DNA of 64,000 nucleotides from a bacterium (lineage in GTDB: Bacteria; Auribacterota; UBA3054): NCBI GenBank assembly GCA_017539325.1, contig JAFYHD010000067.1, forward strand, positions 821 through 64,820. Reading direction: 5' to 3'. This document shows, piece after piece, positions 1-9,843 of this stretch. The notes beneath the pieces are model-generated. The model searched no databases and was not told where the DNA came from. It was given only the letters and a program-made list of their open reading frames with translations. The translations under genes were made by a program, and so were the position numbers. The first letter of the stretch is position 1; the number at the start of each line of letters is the position of its first letter.

Positions 1-1
1 T

Positions 2-136
2 TTCGCCGCTGTCAACGCCGTCTACGGGGAATGCTTCCCCAGCGACACCGCGCCGGCCAGAAGCTGCGTGGAAGTGGCCAACCTTCCCAAAGGCGTGGCC
101 GTTGAGATCGAAGTTATCGCCGCTTTGAAAAAATAA
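2..136 (+). CDS. RidA/YjgF (reactive intermediate deaminase) family protein, C-terminal fragment; 5' end lies outside the window
   Basis: Frame ending at TAA 134-136 translates to ...[26 protein letters not shown], the typical C-terminus of RidA/L-PSP endoribonuclease-family proteins. Confidence 0.55.
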   Translation, partial: FAAVNAVYGECFPSDTAPARSCVEVANLPKGVAVEIEVIAALKK

Positions 137-147
137 CGAGTACCCCT

Positions 148-2391
148 ATGAAAGCTCCCCGATACGAATTCACGCCTTTCGGTTACCTCGACAATCCGGC
201 GCACACCGCGCATCTGCACATCTCCGGCGTCGTCAGGTCCGTTCCGCCGTTGGGCTTCGGATTCTGGAAGCGCTCGCTTCCCTGGACCTACGCCAGCGGC
301 GTCTGCCCCAGCTTCAACAACTACCTTTCCTTCCTCAGACTCTCCCTTATCACGGATAAGGTCAGGATCTCCAACATGCAGGAAGCGAAAGCCCAGAACG
401 TCTGTTCGAAGATCCACAGCAAAAACTTGATGAGCTACGACTGGGAAGGCCACGGCCTGAGCTTCAGCGTCACCTATCTCCTGGCCGACGAAGAGACGAT
501 CGCCTGCGACTTCGAGATCAGAAACGAGCTCTTCGAAGAACAGAAAGTGACGCTCAGAGTCTCAAACCTCTACGGCTTTGTCGAGAAGCACTGGTGGGGC
601 AGCTCGGGCGTTGTCAGCCGCTATGTCTCCGAAAAGAAAGCCTGGATAAACAAGATCTGGGAAGGCGGCGCCGTCTTTATCATGGGCGCCGACGACGCGC
701 CCTTGAGGACCGGACTGAAATTCTACAAGGAAGGAGATGACCCCTCGGAGTGGGTCGGCGACGAACTGAACGACCTTAGCTACGGCACCAAAGAGTTCAG
801 CGAGGTAGCAGGCGCGGAGTCCTTCTCCGACTACAGTTTCACCCTCGACGGGAAATCCTCCAGAACAGGACATTTTTACCTTGTCAGGGAAAGGAACGAA
901 GCCTACGCCTGGCGCAAGTTCTGCAAGATAAAACTCGACTACGACATTGTCAAGCACAAAAAGATGGCGGAGGACGAGAAATTCTATTCCCTAACTCCAA
1001 TCTTGGATGGCGACTGGAGCGACAGCTGGAAACAGGGCTGGGTCCAGGACTGGGAAACGCTGAGAATGACCGTCAGGCCGCCCGTGGGCATCTACACGAC
1101 TCCCTGGGACGCCATGCAGATCTTCTCTCCCCGCTGCGTCCTGGGCGAAACGCACCTCGACATGATGTGCTTCGCCTACGCCGATCCTGAGACCGCCAAG
1201 GAAGTCATCTACGGCTGTTTCAAGGACGCGCCCATGCCGAACGTCCCCTGCTCTAGGGAAGACGGATCCATGAACATGATCGGCGCCGGCGGTTCCGAAT
1301 GCGGTACAAGCCCGGTCTGGGGACTTCCCTTCTACGTCATCCGCTCGATCTATTTCCGCGAACACGACCTTTCCTGGCTGAGGAAACTTTATCCTTACCT
1401 CAGGGCCTTCATCAGCTGGTGGCTTGAGAACAGGACGGACGCCGAAGGCTGGTTTCACTGCAATAACTCCTGGGAATCCGGCCAGGACGGCAGCAAGCGT
1501 TTCACCTTCGACGGCTGCAACGAATCCGACGTGGTCGATTTCGTCCGCACCGTGGACGTTGAGGCCGTCATGGCGCACGCCATGGAATCAATGGCGATCT
1601 TCGCCAAGCAGCTTGGTCTCGAGAACGACATTCCCTATTGGCAGGACATGGCGAAAGAACGCATCAAACGCACCCGCGAGATGTTCTTCGAGGGCTGGTT
1701 CAGGGATTTCGACGCCCGCAGCAACAAGCCCATCGTGCTGAAGGACTACTACGACGTCATGATGCTGCTTCCCATTACGGTTGGCGTCGCGCTGCCGCAG
1801 CAGATTGAAGAGATGCGCTCAAGCTTCAAATATTTCATCGAGAATCCGAAGCTGATGCTTGAGTGGCCCTCCTTCCAGTTCCCCTTCACCGAGGCGGCCA
1901 GGCGCGCCAAACAGACGGAAATGGTCAGCGACCTTCTTCTGGCCACCGGCGACCGTGTCTACGCAAGGGAGACCAGCCGGGACGTCCGTCCTCTGGCCAG
2001 CAGGCACAAAACGACCTTCCCCAACTGCTTCCGCTACAAGATGCCAGGCCAGGCTTCGGAGTTCTGGCCGCTGACGCCTGATCCGGTCTGGGAATGCGGC
2101 GCCGAGCACTACGGCTGGGGCGCCACGCTTCCCACCATGGTGATCAGGAATATCTTCGGCATAAGGGAGCTTGAGACGGACTATCCATCTATCGAGATCA
2201 GCCCGACCGTCCCCACGAGCTGGAAGGCAGGATCGTGCTATGGACTCACCAATTTCCACATCGGGCCTTTCGCCTTCGATATTTTCCTTACTCCAATGGA
2301 AAACGGGGTGAAGGTAACTATTGATTTTGCGACTCCCGAGGCGCAGCACATAGAGAAAGTTCTCAAACCCGGTGAAAAGCTAACGTTCTGA
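148..2391 (+). CDS. putative (alpha/alpha)6-barrel glycoside hydrolase (GH63 / glycogen-debranching-like); family assignment tentative
   Basis: 747-aa ORF with coding-like codon bias; internal motifs such as HCNNSWESGQDGSKRF resemble six-hairpin glycosidases; no signal peptide seen. Confidence 0.5.
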   Translation: MKAPRYEFTPFGYLDNPAHTAHLHISGVVRSVPPLGFGFWKRSLPWTYASGVCPSFNNYLSFLRLSLITDKVRISNMQEAKAQNVCSKIHSKNLMSYDWEGHGLSFSVTYLLADEETIACDFEIRNELFEEQKVTLRVSNLYGFVEKHWWGSSGVVSRYVSEKKAWINKIWEGGAVFIMGADDAPLRTGLKFYKEGDDPSEWVGDELNDLSYGTKEFSEVAGAESFSDYSFTLDGKSSRTGHFYLVRERNEAYAWRKFCKIKLDYDIVKHKKMAEDEKFYSLTPILDGDWSDSWKQGWVQDWETLRMTVRPPVGIYTTPWDAMQIFSPRCVLGETHLDMMCFAYADPETAKEVIYGCFKDAPMPNVPCSREDGSMNMIGAGGSECGTSPVWGLPFYVIRSIYFREHDLSWLRKLYPYLRAFISWWLENRTDAEGWFHCNNSWESGQDGSKRFTFDGCNESDVVDFVRTVDVEAVMAHAMESMAIFAKQLGLENDIPYWQDMAKERIKRTREMFFEGWFRDFDARSNKPIVLKDYYDVMMLLPITVGVALPQQIEEMRSSFKYFIENPKLMLEWPSFQFPFTEAARRAKQTEMVSDLLLATGDRVYARETSRDVRPLASRHKTTFPNCFRYKMPGQASEFWPLTPDPVWECGAEHYGWGATLPTMVIRNIFGIRELETDYPSIEISPTVPTSWKAGSCYGLTNFHIGPFAFDIFLTPMENGVKVTIDFATPEAQHIEKVLKPGEKLTF

Positions 2392-2395
2392 AAAA

Positions 2396-4213
2396 ATGAC
2401 AAAAGCCATAAAATATCTCATCTTCCCGCTTCTTCTGGCCGCGATACTTCTGGCCTATTATCCCAGCATAGACTCGTCGTACCATCTGGATGATTTCGAG
2501 ACCATCGTCGAGAACGATCTTGTGGACGCCCATCTTGTGCCGCTCATCAAGAAGTATCCTACCAGATGGCTGGTTTTCTTATCCTACTGGGTCGGTCTCA
2601 GACCGTCTGTGACGAATTTTATCGGCAAGATCTTCACCCCCGAGAGCGCCCAGCTGGTCTCGCTGCATCTCTTCAATTTCTTCCTGCACGCCCTGAACGC
2701 CTGGCTGGTCTACCTAATAACGATCCCGCTTCTGCTTCCCTTGAGACTTAGGGACAAGCTTGACAAGGTCGACGCAAGCACGCATCTCGCGGCGGCGCTC
2801 GCCGCCTTCTTCTACGCTTTGATGCCGCTGCAGACCATGCCGGTCATATACATAGGTCAGCGCTTCACGCTGTTTTCCGCCTTCTTCTATTTCCTGGCGC
2901 TGTACTTCGTAACGAGGGCTTATTTCGCACACTGGCGCAAATCGATAGCCATTCCCTGCGCGATCATTTCCTTTGTCATCGGCCTCTTCTGCAAGGAGAC
3001 CATCGTCACGGCGCCGGTCGCCTGCATCGTTCTGCTGTGGCTCTTCGAAGCCAGCCCGGAATTGAAATACCTGAAATCGCACCAGAAAAAGTATCTCGCG
3101 CTGGAACTCCTAGGCGTCGTGTTCCTATTCCTCGTGCTTCCGGCCTTGGTCTTCTGCCATCTGAACAAGTGGGATCCCGCGCTCATCAGCGGCTCCTTGA
3201 AGAGCGTGGGCGGCATGAGGCACATCGACTACAACGTCGAAGGACTTTCTAGGCTCACGTACTTTTTGACGCAGCCCTTCGTGATCCTCTACTACGTCGC
3301 GCTTTTCTTCATGCCGGGGCTCCTTTGCATCGACCATGACATACCGCTCTGCTCCAGTTTCCTGAGCTGGCAGTGGATCGTTCCCGCCGCCATTTTGATC
3401 GCCTGCTGCGTGGTCTTCTACAAAGTGCGGCACAAATATCCCCTTTCGAGCTGGGGCTTCTTCTTCTTTGTCTTCCCGCTTCTGCCGCAGAGTTCTTTCG
3501 TGCCCACCCTCGACCTTTGCTTCGAGCATAGGATGTACCTGTCGGTGGCCGGTTTGGTCTGGCTTTGCACTGATCTAATCAGGATAATGTGCGGGAATCT
3601 CCCCAAGGCCTTCACCTACGCCGTGAGAGTGCTGCTCCCCGCGGCGCTTCTGGTCTACTCCGTGGCGACTTTCCAGCGGAGCAGGGACTGGAGAAGCGAA
3701 CTGACGCTCTGGGGCGACGCCATGACGAAAGCGGGAAACAAACAGAGAGTGATGATCAACTACGCCTCGGCCTACCTTGGCGAGACCGGCGACCACGAAT
3801 ACGTCATCAACCTTTTGTCGGAAAACATGCCCAAATGGCACATAGTCCATCCCAGGGCCTTCGCTCTCTTGGGCAGCGCCTACCAGCTGGCGGGCGAAAC
3901 AAAATACGCCATCAACAATTATCTTTCCGCCATCGACTGCGACAAGGACAATCCCGTTTTCCGCTACAACATCGCGATCCTCTACCTAAGTTCCGGAAAA
4001 CCCGATTCGGCCCTTAAGCAGTTGAACCGCGCCATACAGCTCAACCCTGATTACGCCGACGTCTACTATCTGCGCGGCGTGGTCAACCGCTATCTGAAGC
4101 GCAACAAATCCGCCGTGAAGGATTACGAAAAATATCTCTCGCTCGCCCCCCACGGAGAAAATTCCGAGGATGCCGCCGAGCAGCTCAAAGCATTAAACGA
4201 ACAATCAAAATAA
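2396..4213 (+). CDS. multi-pass membrane protein with C-terminal TPR repeats (TMTC/PMT-like GT-C O-mannosyltransferase-type architecture)
   Basis: 605 aa. N-terminal ~10 predicted TM helices with a YYPSxDSSYHLDDFETIVEN motif; C-terminal TPR-like repeats (AYQLAGETKYAINNYLSAI..., YYLRGVVNRYLKRNKSAVKDYEKYL). Paralog of 21209..22744. Confidence 0.6.
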   Translation: MTKAIKYLIFPLLLAAILLAYYPSIDSSYHLDDFETIVENDLVDAHLVPLIKKYPTRWLVFLSYWVGLRPSVTNFIGKIFTPESAQLVSLHLFNFFLHALNAWLVYLITIPLLLPLRLRDKLDKVDASTHLAAALAAFFYALMPLQTMPVIYIGQRFTLFSAFFYFLALYFVTRAYFAHWRKSIAIPCAIISFVIGLFCKETIVTAPVACIVLLWLFEASPELKYLKSHQKKYLALELLGVVFLFLVLPALVFCHLNKWDPALISGSLKSVGGMRHIDYNVEGLSRLTYFLTQPFVILYYVALFFMPGLLCIDHDIPLCSSFLSWQWIVPAAILIACCVVFYKVRHKYPLSSWGFFFFVFPLLPQSSFVPTLDLCFEHRMYLSVAGLVWLCTDLIRIMCGNLPKAFTYAVRVLLPAALLVYSVATFQRSRDWRSELTLWGDAMTKAGNKQRVMINYASAYLGETGDHEYVINLLSENMPKWHIVHPRAFALLGSAYQLAGETKYAINNYLSAIDCDKDNPVFRYNIAILYLSSGKPDSALKQLNRAIQLNPDYADVYYLRGVVNRYLKRNKSAVKDYEKYLSLAPHGENSEDAAEQLKALNEQSK

Positions 4214-4223
4214 GGAGTCCAAG

Positions 4224-4886
4224 ATGAAAAAACTTATCCCCTTCTTACTGCTTTTCCCGCTTTTAGTTTTCGGCGAAGAAACCGCTGAGAAGATCGAATT
4301 CAAAGAAGTCTCCGTCGCCCCTGAGTATCTGACTGAGAAAGCCGACACCGACGCCATAGAGGTTGGCGTGGTCGAGATCGTCGAGGCCGGAGAAGAAGCC
4401 GTTCCCGCTGAGGAAGACGAAGAAGAGGAGGAGGAAAATCCTTTCTCCAACACTTACCTGGCCGGCCCCGCTGAGATATTGGCTTCTCTGGGCGTTCCCC
4501 TGGCCTTCACCGGCGTGGGAGCCGGCTGCGGCATAATCCCTGCCACGCAAAGCTACGGCGGCATGGCCATAACCCCCCTGACCGTTGTGGCGGGCACTAC
4601 GGTCGGCGCTGTCTGCGGCGCTCTGTTTACTCCCTGCATCGCCCTGAAAGGCGTGTTTGACACCTTCACGCTGGGTGCTTTCATTGACGAGGAATATGAC
4701 ATCACCGATTCCACGGATATCGTGGAGAACCAAGTCGACTTCATGAACGACATTGCGACTCTCAACAATCCTTTCGATGATGATGAGGTGATAGAGATAG
4801 TTGTGGAAGACGAAGAAACGGAAGAGGAAGAGGAAGCCGAAGCCGAACCCGAGCCCGAAACTGAAACCGAAACCGAAGAAGAATAA
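4224..4886 (+). CDS. secreted highly acidic protein with a Gly/Ala/Cys-rich hydrophobic core; function unknown
   Basis: Signal peptide MKKLIPFLLLFPLLVFG; poly-Glu tracts (EEDEEEEEEN, EDEETEEEEEAEAEPEPETETETEEE) flank the core GVGAGCGIIPATQSYGGMAITPLTVVAGTTVGAVCGALFTPCIAL; SD-like AAGGAG upstream; stop overlaps the dnaX start (TAATG). Confidence 0.5.
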   Translation: MKKLIPFLLLFPLLVFGEETAEKIEFKEVSVAPEYLTEKADTDAIEVGVVEIVEAGEEAVPAEEDEEEEEENPFSNTYLAGPAEILASLGVPLAFTGVGAGCGIIPATQSYGGMAITPLTVVAGTTVGAVCGALFTPCIALKGVFDTFTLGAFIDEEYDITDSTDIVENQVDFMNDIATLNNPFDDDEVIEIVVEDEETEEEEEAEAEPEPETETETEEE

Positions 4887-6163
4887 TGTCAGAAAGCAAC
4901 AACTATCAGGTCTTGGCCAGACGCTGGAGGCCGCAGCGCTTCTCGGAAGTCGTGGGCCAGGATCACATCGTCACCACGCTGCAGAACGCCATCAGCCAGA
5001 AACGCGTCGGCCAGGGGTACCTCTTCATCGGCACTCGCGGCACGGGCAAAACGACCATTGCTCGAATCCTGGCTAAGGCTCTGAACTGCCAATCCAGTGA
5101 CGGGCCGGTGACCGAGCCTTGCTGCGAGTGCGCCAGCTGCCAGGCCATAAAGGAAGGCAGTTCTCTCGACGTCATCGAGATCGACGGCGCCAGCAACCGC
5201 ACGATAGACAACATCAGGCAGATCAGGGACACCGTTTCTATCGCGCCCGTGTCCAGCCGCTACAAGATCTACATCATCGACGAAGTCCACATGCTGACCA
5301 AGGAAGCCTTCAATGCGCTTCTGAAAACGCTTGAGGAACCGCCGGCGCATGTGAAGTTCTTCTTCGCCACGACCGATCCGCAGAAGATCCCGCCCACCAT
5401 CATGTCCCGCGTGCAGAAATTCGAGCTGCACCGCATGGATTGGAACACGCTGAACTCTTACCTTTCCATGATGGCGGAAAAGGAAGGCCTCAAGGCGACG
5501 CCTTCCGCGATAGCTGCGGTCGCCAGGGCCGGCAACGGCAGCATGCGCGACGCGCTCTCCGTCTTTGACCAGGTCTTGGCCTGGGGCGGCGAAAACGTAA
5601 CGGAAAAGGACGTGGCTGCGTTGCTGGGCCTGACCAACCGCGAGATCATAACAGAGCTTTCCGACGCCATCGTCAAAGCCGACTATGAAAGCGCCCTGAG
5701 ATGCGTCGGAAAGGTCATGGAAGGCGGACGTGACGCCGAGCAGTTCATACTGAGTTTGGTGCAGTTCTACCGCAACCTGGCCGTCCTTAAGGTGTCCAGG
5801 GAACCGGGCAGCCTCCTGGAGGAAAGCCCGGAATACATGGCAGAACTTGAGAAAGCCTCCGAAGGCTACACGGTAAGCCAGATCACTTCCGCAATCGATG
5901 AGCTTCTGCAGATCCTGCCGAAACTCTCGGCGACCGAAGCCAAACAGACCATACTGGAACTGGCCGTCCTCAAGCTTATACACGTAAGGTCGCGCATCAG
6001 CGCGGACCTTATCTTCGCGAAATTGGAGGAGCTCGAGAAAGGCTCCGTGACCTTGGAAAAAGAAAAAGAGACGAAAGAACCTAAGAAACAGGAAGCGCCG
6101 GAGGGCGACGTGGCTTTGGCCAGGCAGCTATTCCCCGGCAGCCGTTTGGATAAAAAACAATAA
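4886..6163 (+). CDS. dnaX: DNA polymerase III subunit gamma/tau (short form, 425 aa)
   Basis: N-terminus LARRWRPQRFSEVVGQDHIVTTLQNAISQKRVGQGYLFIGTRGTGKTTIARILAKALNC with Walker A GTRGTGKTT and a Zn-module CCECASC; sensor motifs downstream. Confidence 0.9.
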   Translation: MSESNNYQVLARRWRPQRFSEVVGQDHIVTTLQNAISQKRVGQGYLFIGTRGTGKTTIARILAKALNCQSSDGPVTEPCCECASCQAIKEGSSLDVIEIDGASNRTIDNIRQIRDTVSIAPVSSRYKIYIIDEVHMLTKEAFNALLKTLEEPPAHVKFFFATTDPQKIPPTIMSRVQKFELHRMDWNTLNSYLSMMAEKEGLKATPSAIAAVARAGNGSMRDALSVFDQVLAWGGENVTEKDVAALLGLTNREIITELSDAIVKADYESALRCVGKVMEGGRDAEQFILSLVQFYRNLAVLKVSREPGSLLEESPEYMAELEKASEGYTVSQITSAIDELLQILPKLSATEAKQTILELAVLKLIHVRSRISADLIFAKLEELEKGSVTLEKEKETKEPKKQEAPEGDVALARQLFPGSRLDKKQ

Positions 6164-6179
6164 GCATTAAGGAAGTCAA

Positions 6180-7949
6180 ATGAAAAGAACGCATTCCTGC
6201 AACGCCCTGAGGGGCGCGGATCAGGGAAAGGATGTTACGCTTTGCGGCTGGGTGAGACGCCGCAGAGCCTTGGGAAACCTCATATTCGTCGACCTCAGGG
6301 ACAGAGAGGGCATAACGCAGATCGTCTTCGATCCGGCCGCCGCTCCCGAAGCCTATGAAGTCGCCAAAGACATCAGGGGCGAATACGTAATCTGTGTCAA
6401 CGGAAAAGTCCGCTCGCGCGGCGACCAGATAAACAAGGACCTGCCGACCGGCGAAATAGAAGTCCTCGCCTCCTCCATCAAAGTATTCAACACCGCCGAG
6501 ACTCCGCCTTTTCATTTGGAAAACGAAGACCCCACCGACGATCTTAGACTGCGCTACCGCTACCTCGACCTTAGAAGAGCGCATCTTCAGAAGGCCTTGG
6601 GACTGCGTCACAAAGTCGCCCTGGCCGTTCGCAACTGTCTCGATTCTCTTGGATTCTGGGAAATAGAGACGCCTGTGCTTTCCAAATCGACTCCGGAAGG
6701 CGCCAGGGACTACCTTGTGCCAAGCAGAGTGCACCACGGCAAATTCTACGCCCTGCCGCAGAGCCCGCAGCTTCTAAAGCAGCTTCTGATGGTGGCCGGC
6801 ATGGACAAGTACTTCCAGATCACCCGCTGCTTCAGGGACGAGGACTTGAGAGCCGAGCGTCAGCCGGAGTTCACCCAGATCGACCTTGAGATGTCTTTCG
6901 CCGAGAAAGAGGACGTCTTCGAGGTCGGCGAAGCCGTTATGAAGACGGCTTTCGCCACCGCCGGCTACGAGATAGAAACTCCCTTCCCGCACATGACCTG
7001 GCAGGACGCCATGGACGGCTACGGTTCCGACAAACCGGATCTGCGCTTCGGGATGGTCATCCAGAACGTTACGAATATCTTCAAAGGCTGCGCCTTCCCA
7101 CCGTTCGCTTCCGCCCTGGAAGAAGCCGGCAGCGTCAGATGCATCAAGGTAGAAGGCGGTGCCTCTCTCCCCCGCCGCAGGCTCGACGAACTGAACGAAG
7201 TCGCCAAGAAAGAAAAAGCCAAAGGCATCTTCTACGTCAAATATGAAGCGGAAGGACGCAAGTCCCCCATGAAAGGCCTGACCGACGAAGAATGGGCCGC
7301 GCTTGAAAAACAGATGTCCCCCGCCGAGGGCGATCTCTTGATCCTTTCCGCCGGGCCGGCTCTCACCGCCTGCAAAGGCCTGGGCGCCGTGAGGCTGCAG
7401 CTTGGCCAGGAACTGAAGCTAATTCCGGAAAACACTTTCGCCTTCACCTGGATCACGGACTTCCCGCTCTTCCAGTACAGCGAGGAGGAAGGACGCTGGG
7501 TCAGTGAACACCATCCCTTCACCTCCCCCAACGCTCTTGATTTCGACATTCTGGAATCCGACCCCGGACATGTCAGGAGCAACAGCTACGACCTCGTCAT
7601 CAACGGCTACGAAGTCGGCTCCGGCTCCGTCCGTATCCACGACTCCAAGCTCCAGGACCGCATCTTCAGGCTTCTGAAGCTCGAGCCGCAGCAGATCGAG
7701 GACCGCTTCGGATTCTTCATCAACGCGCTCAAATACGGCGCCCCGCCGCACGCCGGCGTCGCCTTCGGCCTCGACAGGCTGACCATGCTTCTGACCGGCC
7801 GCAACAACATCAGGGACGTCATCGCCTTCCCGAAGACTCTGAAGGCGACCGACCTTATGTCCGACGCGCCCTCCACAGTCAGCCCTGAACAGCTTGATGA
7901 ACTGGCTATCGCCGTAACGAGAACCGAAGAGGAAGAACTTCAGGGATGA
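6180..7949 (+). CDS. aspS: aspartate--tRNA ligase
   Basis: Canonical AspRS N-terminus RTHSCNALRGADQGKDVTLCGWVRRRRALGNLIFVDLRDREGITQIVF; class II motifs FQITRCFRDEDLRAERQPEFTQID and GAPPHAGVAFGLDRL. Confidence 0.95.
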   Translation: MKRTHSCNALRGADQGKDVTLCGWVRRRRALGNLIFVDLRDREGITQIVFDPAAAPEAYEVAKDIRGEYVICVNGKVRSRGDQINKDLPTGEIEVLASSIKVFNTAETPPFHLENEDPTDDLRLRYRYLDLRRAHLQKALGLRHKVALAVRNCLDSLGFWEIETPVLSKSTPEGARDYLVPSRVHHGKFYALPQSPQLLKQLLMVAGMDKYFQITRCFRDEDLRAERQPEFTQIDLEMSFAEKEDVFEVGEAVMKTAFATAGYEIETPFPHMTWQDAMDGYGSDKPDLRFGMVIQNVTNIFKGCAFPPFASALEEAGSVRCIKVEGGASLPRRRLDELNEVAKKEKAKGIFYVKYEAEGRKSPMKGLTDEEWAALEKQMSPAEGDLLILSAGPALTACKGLGAVRLQLGQELKLIPENTFAFTWITDFPLFQYSEEEGRWVSEHHPFTSPNALDFDILESDPGHVRSNSYDLVINGYEVGSGSVRIHDSKLQDRIFRLLKLEPQQIEDRFGFFINALKYGAPPHAGVAFGLDRLTMLLTGRNNIRDVIAFPKTLKATDLMSDAPSTVSPEQLDELAIAVTRTEEEELQG

Positions 7950-9838
7950 GATTCTCCTGGCGATATCTTCTGGTGATACCCGGGCTGTATCTGGCTTTCG
8001 CCATACTTCCGCCGCTTTTTGCCAACAACTTCATCTTCCGCGACCACGTCGCCAGGAAGATCTCGAAGTCGTGCGGATGCCGGGCGGACGTTGTCGACCT
8101 TAAGCTCTCGTCCTGGACGGGCAGATTCAAGATCGACATCCCGGCGCTAGACCTTTACGAAGCGAAGAGCGGCAAAGCAGTAATGAGCCTCGACTACATC
8201 CATTTCGAGATGTGGCCGCACCAGATCTTTTCGCCCTTCTTCGGCATGGAGAAAGGAAGCGTTCGTACCATGGAATGGGTCAGGGCAAGAGAAAGAGTCA
8301 AAACTTTCCTTTCGGCCGTACCGTATCTCAACGTCAGCGAACTCCAGTTCTGGGAAGACGAGTCCCGCCCTGCCTATTTCCAAAGGATCCGCTTCGACGC
8401 CAAAAAGAAAAACGGCTGCCTTGAATTCAACATAAGCTGCGACGTGGACTGCCCTGCTCTCAGCGAGAGCGCGCTTTCCATGAGGGGCCGCTACGACCGT
8501 ACTCAGAGCTCTCTCTTTTTGGACCATCTTAGCTTTACGGGACACAAACGCTCCGCCGCCAAGACGATCCTGGACGGCAGGATCGTGGAGGACGTCTCCG
8601 ACGTGCCTTTCACCCTGGATTGCGACTGCATAGTAGACAAGGACAAACTTGAGCTTAACGGCATCTCGTTTATGGCGGACAGATTCCTTTCCACCGGAAG
8701 CATCCTGAAAACGAAAGAGGGCCTGACCTTCCTTTTGAACGGCAGCGGCAATTTCACCAAGGAGCTCGCCCAGCTCTGCGGGCTGCAGCACCGCGTCTCG
8801 CATTTCGATTCGCTCGACTGCCGCTTGGAAGGCAATCCCGATGAAAACGGGAAACTTCTCACCAAAGGGGATCTGACCTTCAAGAGCGGCCGCCTCTGGG
8901 GCATTGAGCTGGAAGGAGCGAAGCTTTATTTCAGCGCTCTGAACGACCACCTCTCCAGCCTTTCTTTGACTTCCGGTTTTTGGCAGGGCAAAGCGACGAT
9001 CAATTCCATGGAGCGCGTACTCGAAAAGGGAGCCAGCCTGCTCGAGACCAAGATCGATCTGAAGGACGTTTCCATGAGCGACATGCTGGAGCACTTCAAA
9101 TGCAGCGGCAAGATGCCGGGCGGCGTCTGCTCTCTTTCGGCCGAGCTCTCCCTTACGAACGGCAGTCTGGCCGCGCTTTTCGACGGCGGCGAGGAAACGC
9201 TTTCCAAACTTTACGGCAAGGGAGTGATCAGCGCCAAAAACGTCAACCTCAGTTACTTTACCGACCGCGACTGGCAGGAAGGCAAAGTCCCTGTCTTGCT
9301 GCAGCGCCTGTTGGGTGCCGGTGCGACTATAGCAAAAGCCAAAGAGGAGCTCCCCTTCCTTCAGCAGATCATGCAGTCTCTGGGGAAGGAGAAACTGAGG
9401 AACTATTCCGCCAGTTTTACCATAAAGGACGGTAGGATAATCTCCCCCGCCACGACTTTGAACGGGAACATGGGCGAGATCAAGGCCAGCGGAAGCTGTT
9501 CGCTTATGGGCGAAATGGATTACAGGCTCCAGATGAGGCTTAACAAAAAATTCTCCGATCAGTATGCCAAGCAGCCGCTGGCTTCCCTTTTCATCCAGGA
9601 CGGCGCCATCGAGATCCCGATCAAACTGACCGGCAGCATCCGCTCCCCCAAAGCCACGCTCGACCTGTCTCCCGAAAAGAAAGCCGTCTTCGAGGACCGC
9701 GTGCTGCAGCTGGTGACAGACTTTTATAACGACAAGCTAGGCTCCGCCGCCAAAAGGTTCCTTGGCGAAAACGAAAGCGGCGACCTTATGCAGAAAATTG
9801 AAAGCTCCGTGAAAGAACTTTTGAAGAAACTACTCTGA
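7946..9838 (+). CDS. hypothetical membrane-anchored envelope protein (AsmA-like architecture, tentative)
   Basis: 630 aa; N-terminal signal-anchor LLVIPGLYLAFAILPPLF; predicted periplasmic beta-rich remainder; start overlaps the aspS stop (ATGA). Confidence 0.45.
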   Translation: MRFSWRYLLVIPGLYLAFAILPPLFANNFIFRDHVARKISKSCGCRADVVDLKLSSWTGRFKIDIPALDLYEAKSGKAVMSLDYIHFEMWPHQIFSPFFGMEKGSVRTMEWVRARERVKTFLSAVPYLNVSELQFWEDESRPAYFQRIRFDAKKKNGCLEFNISCDVDCPALSESALSMRGRYDRTQSSLFLDHLSFTGHKRSAAKTILDGRIVEDVSDVPFTLDCDCIVDKDKLELNGISFMADRFLSTGSILKTKEGLTFLLNGSGNFTKELAQLCGLQHRVSHFDSLDCRLEGNPDENGKLLTKGDLTFKSGRLWGIELEGAKLYFSALNDHLSSLSLTSGFWQGKATINSMERVLEKGASLLETKIDLKDVSMSDMLEHFKCSGKMPGGVCSLSAELSLTNGSLAALFDGGEETLSKLYGKGVISAKNVNLSYFTDRDWQEGKVPVLLQRLLGAGATIAKAKEELPFLQQIMQSLGKEKLRNYSASFTIKDGRIISPATTLNGNMGEIKASGSCSLMGEMDYRLQMRLNKKFSDQYAKQPLASLFIQDGAIEIPIKLTGSIRSPKATLDLSPEKKAVFEDRVLQLVTDFYNDKLGSAAKRFLGENESGDLMQKIESSVKELLKKLL

Positions 9839-9843
9839 CGATC

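Noticed and set aside
6040-6090. A-rich run GAAAAAGAAAAAGAG near the dnaX 3' end, as a possible tau/gamma programmed frameshift site
   Set aside because: In frame it reads GAA AAA GAA AAA GAG and does not form the A_AAA_AAG slippery heptamer. The gene is simply a short dnaX.
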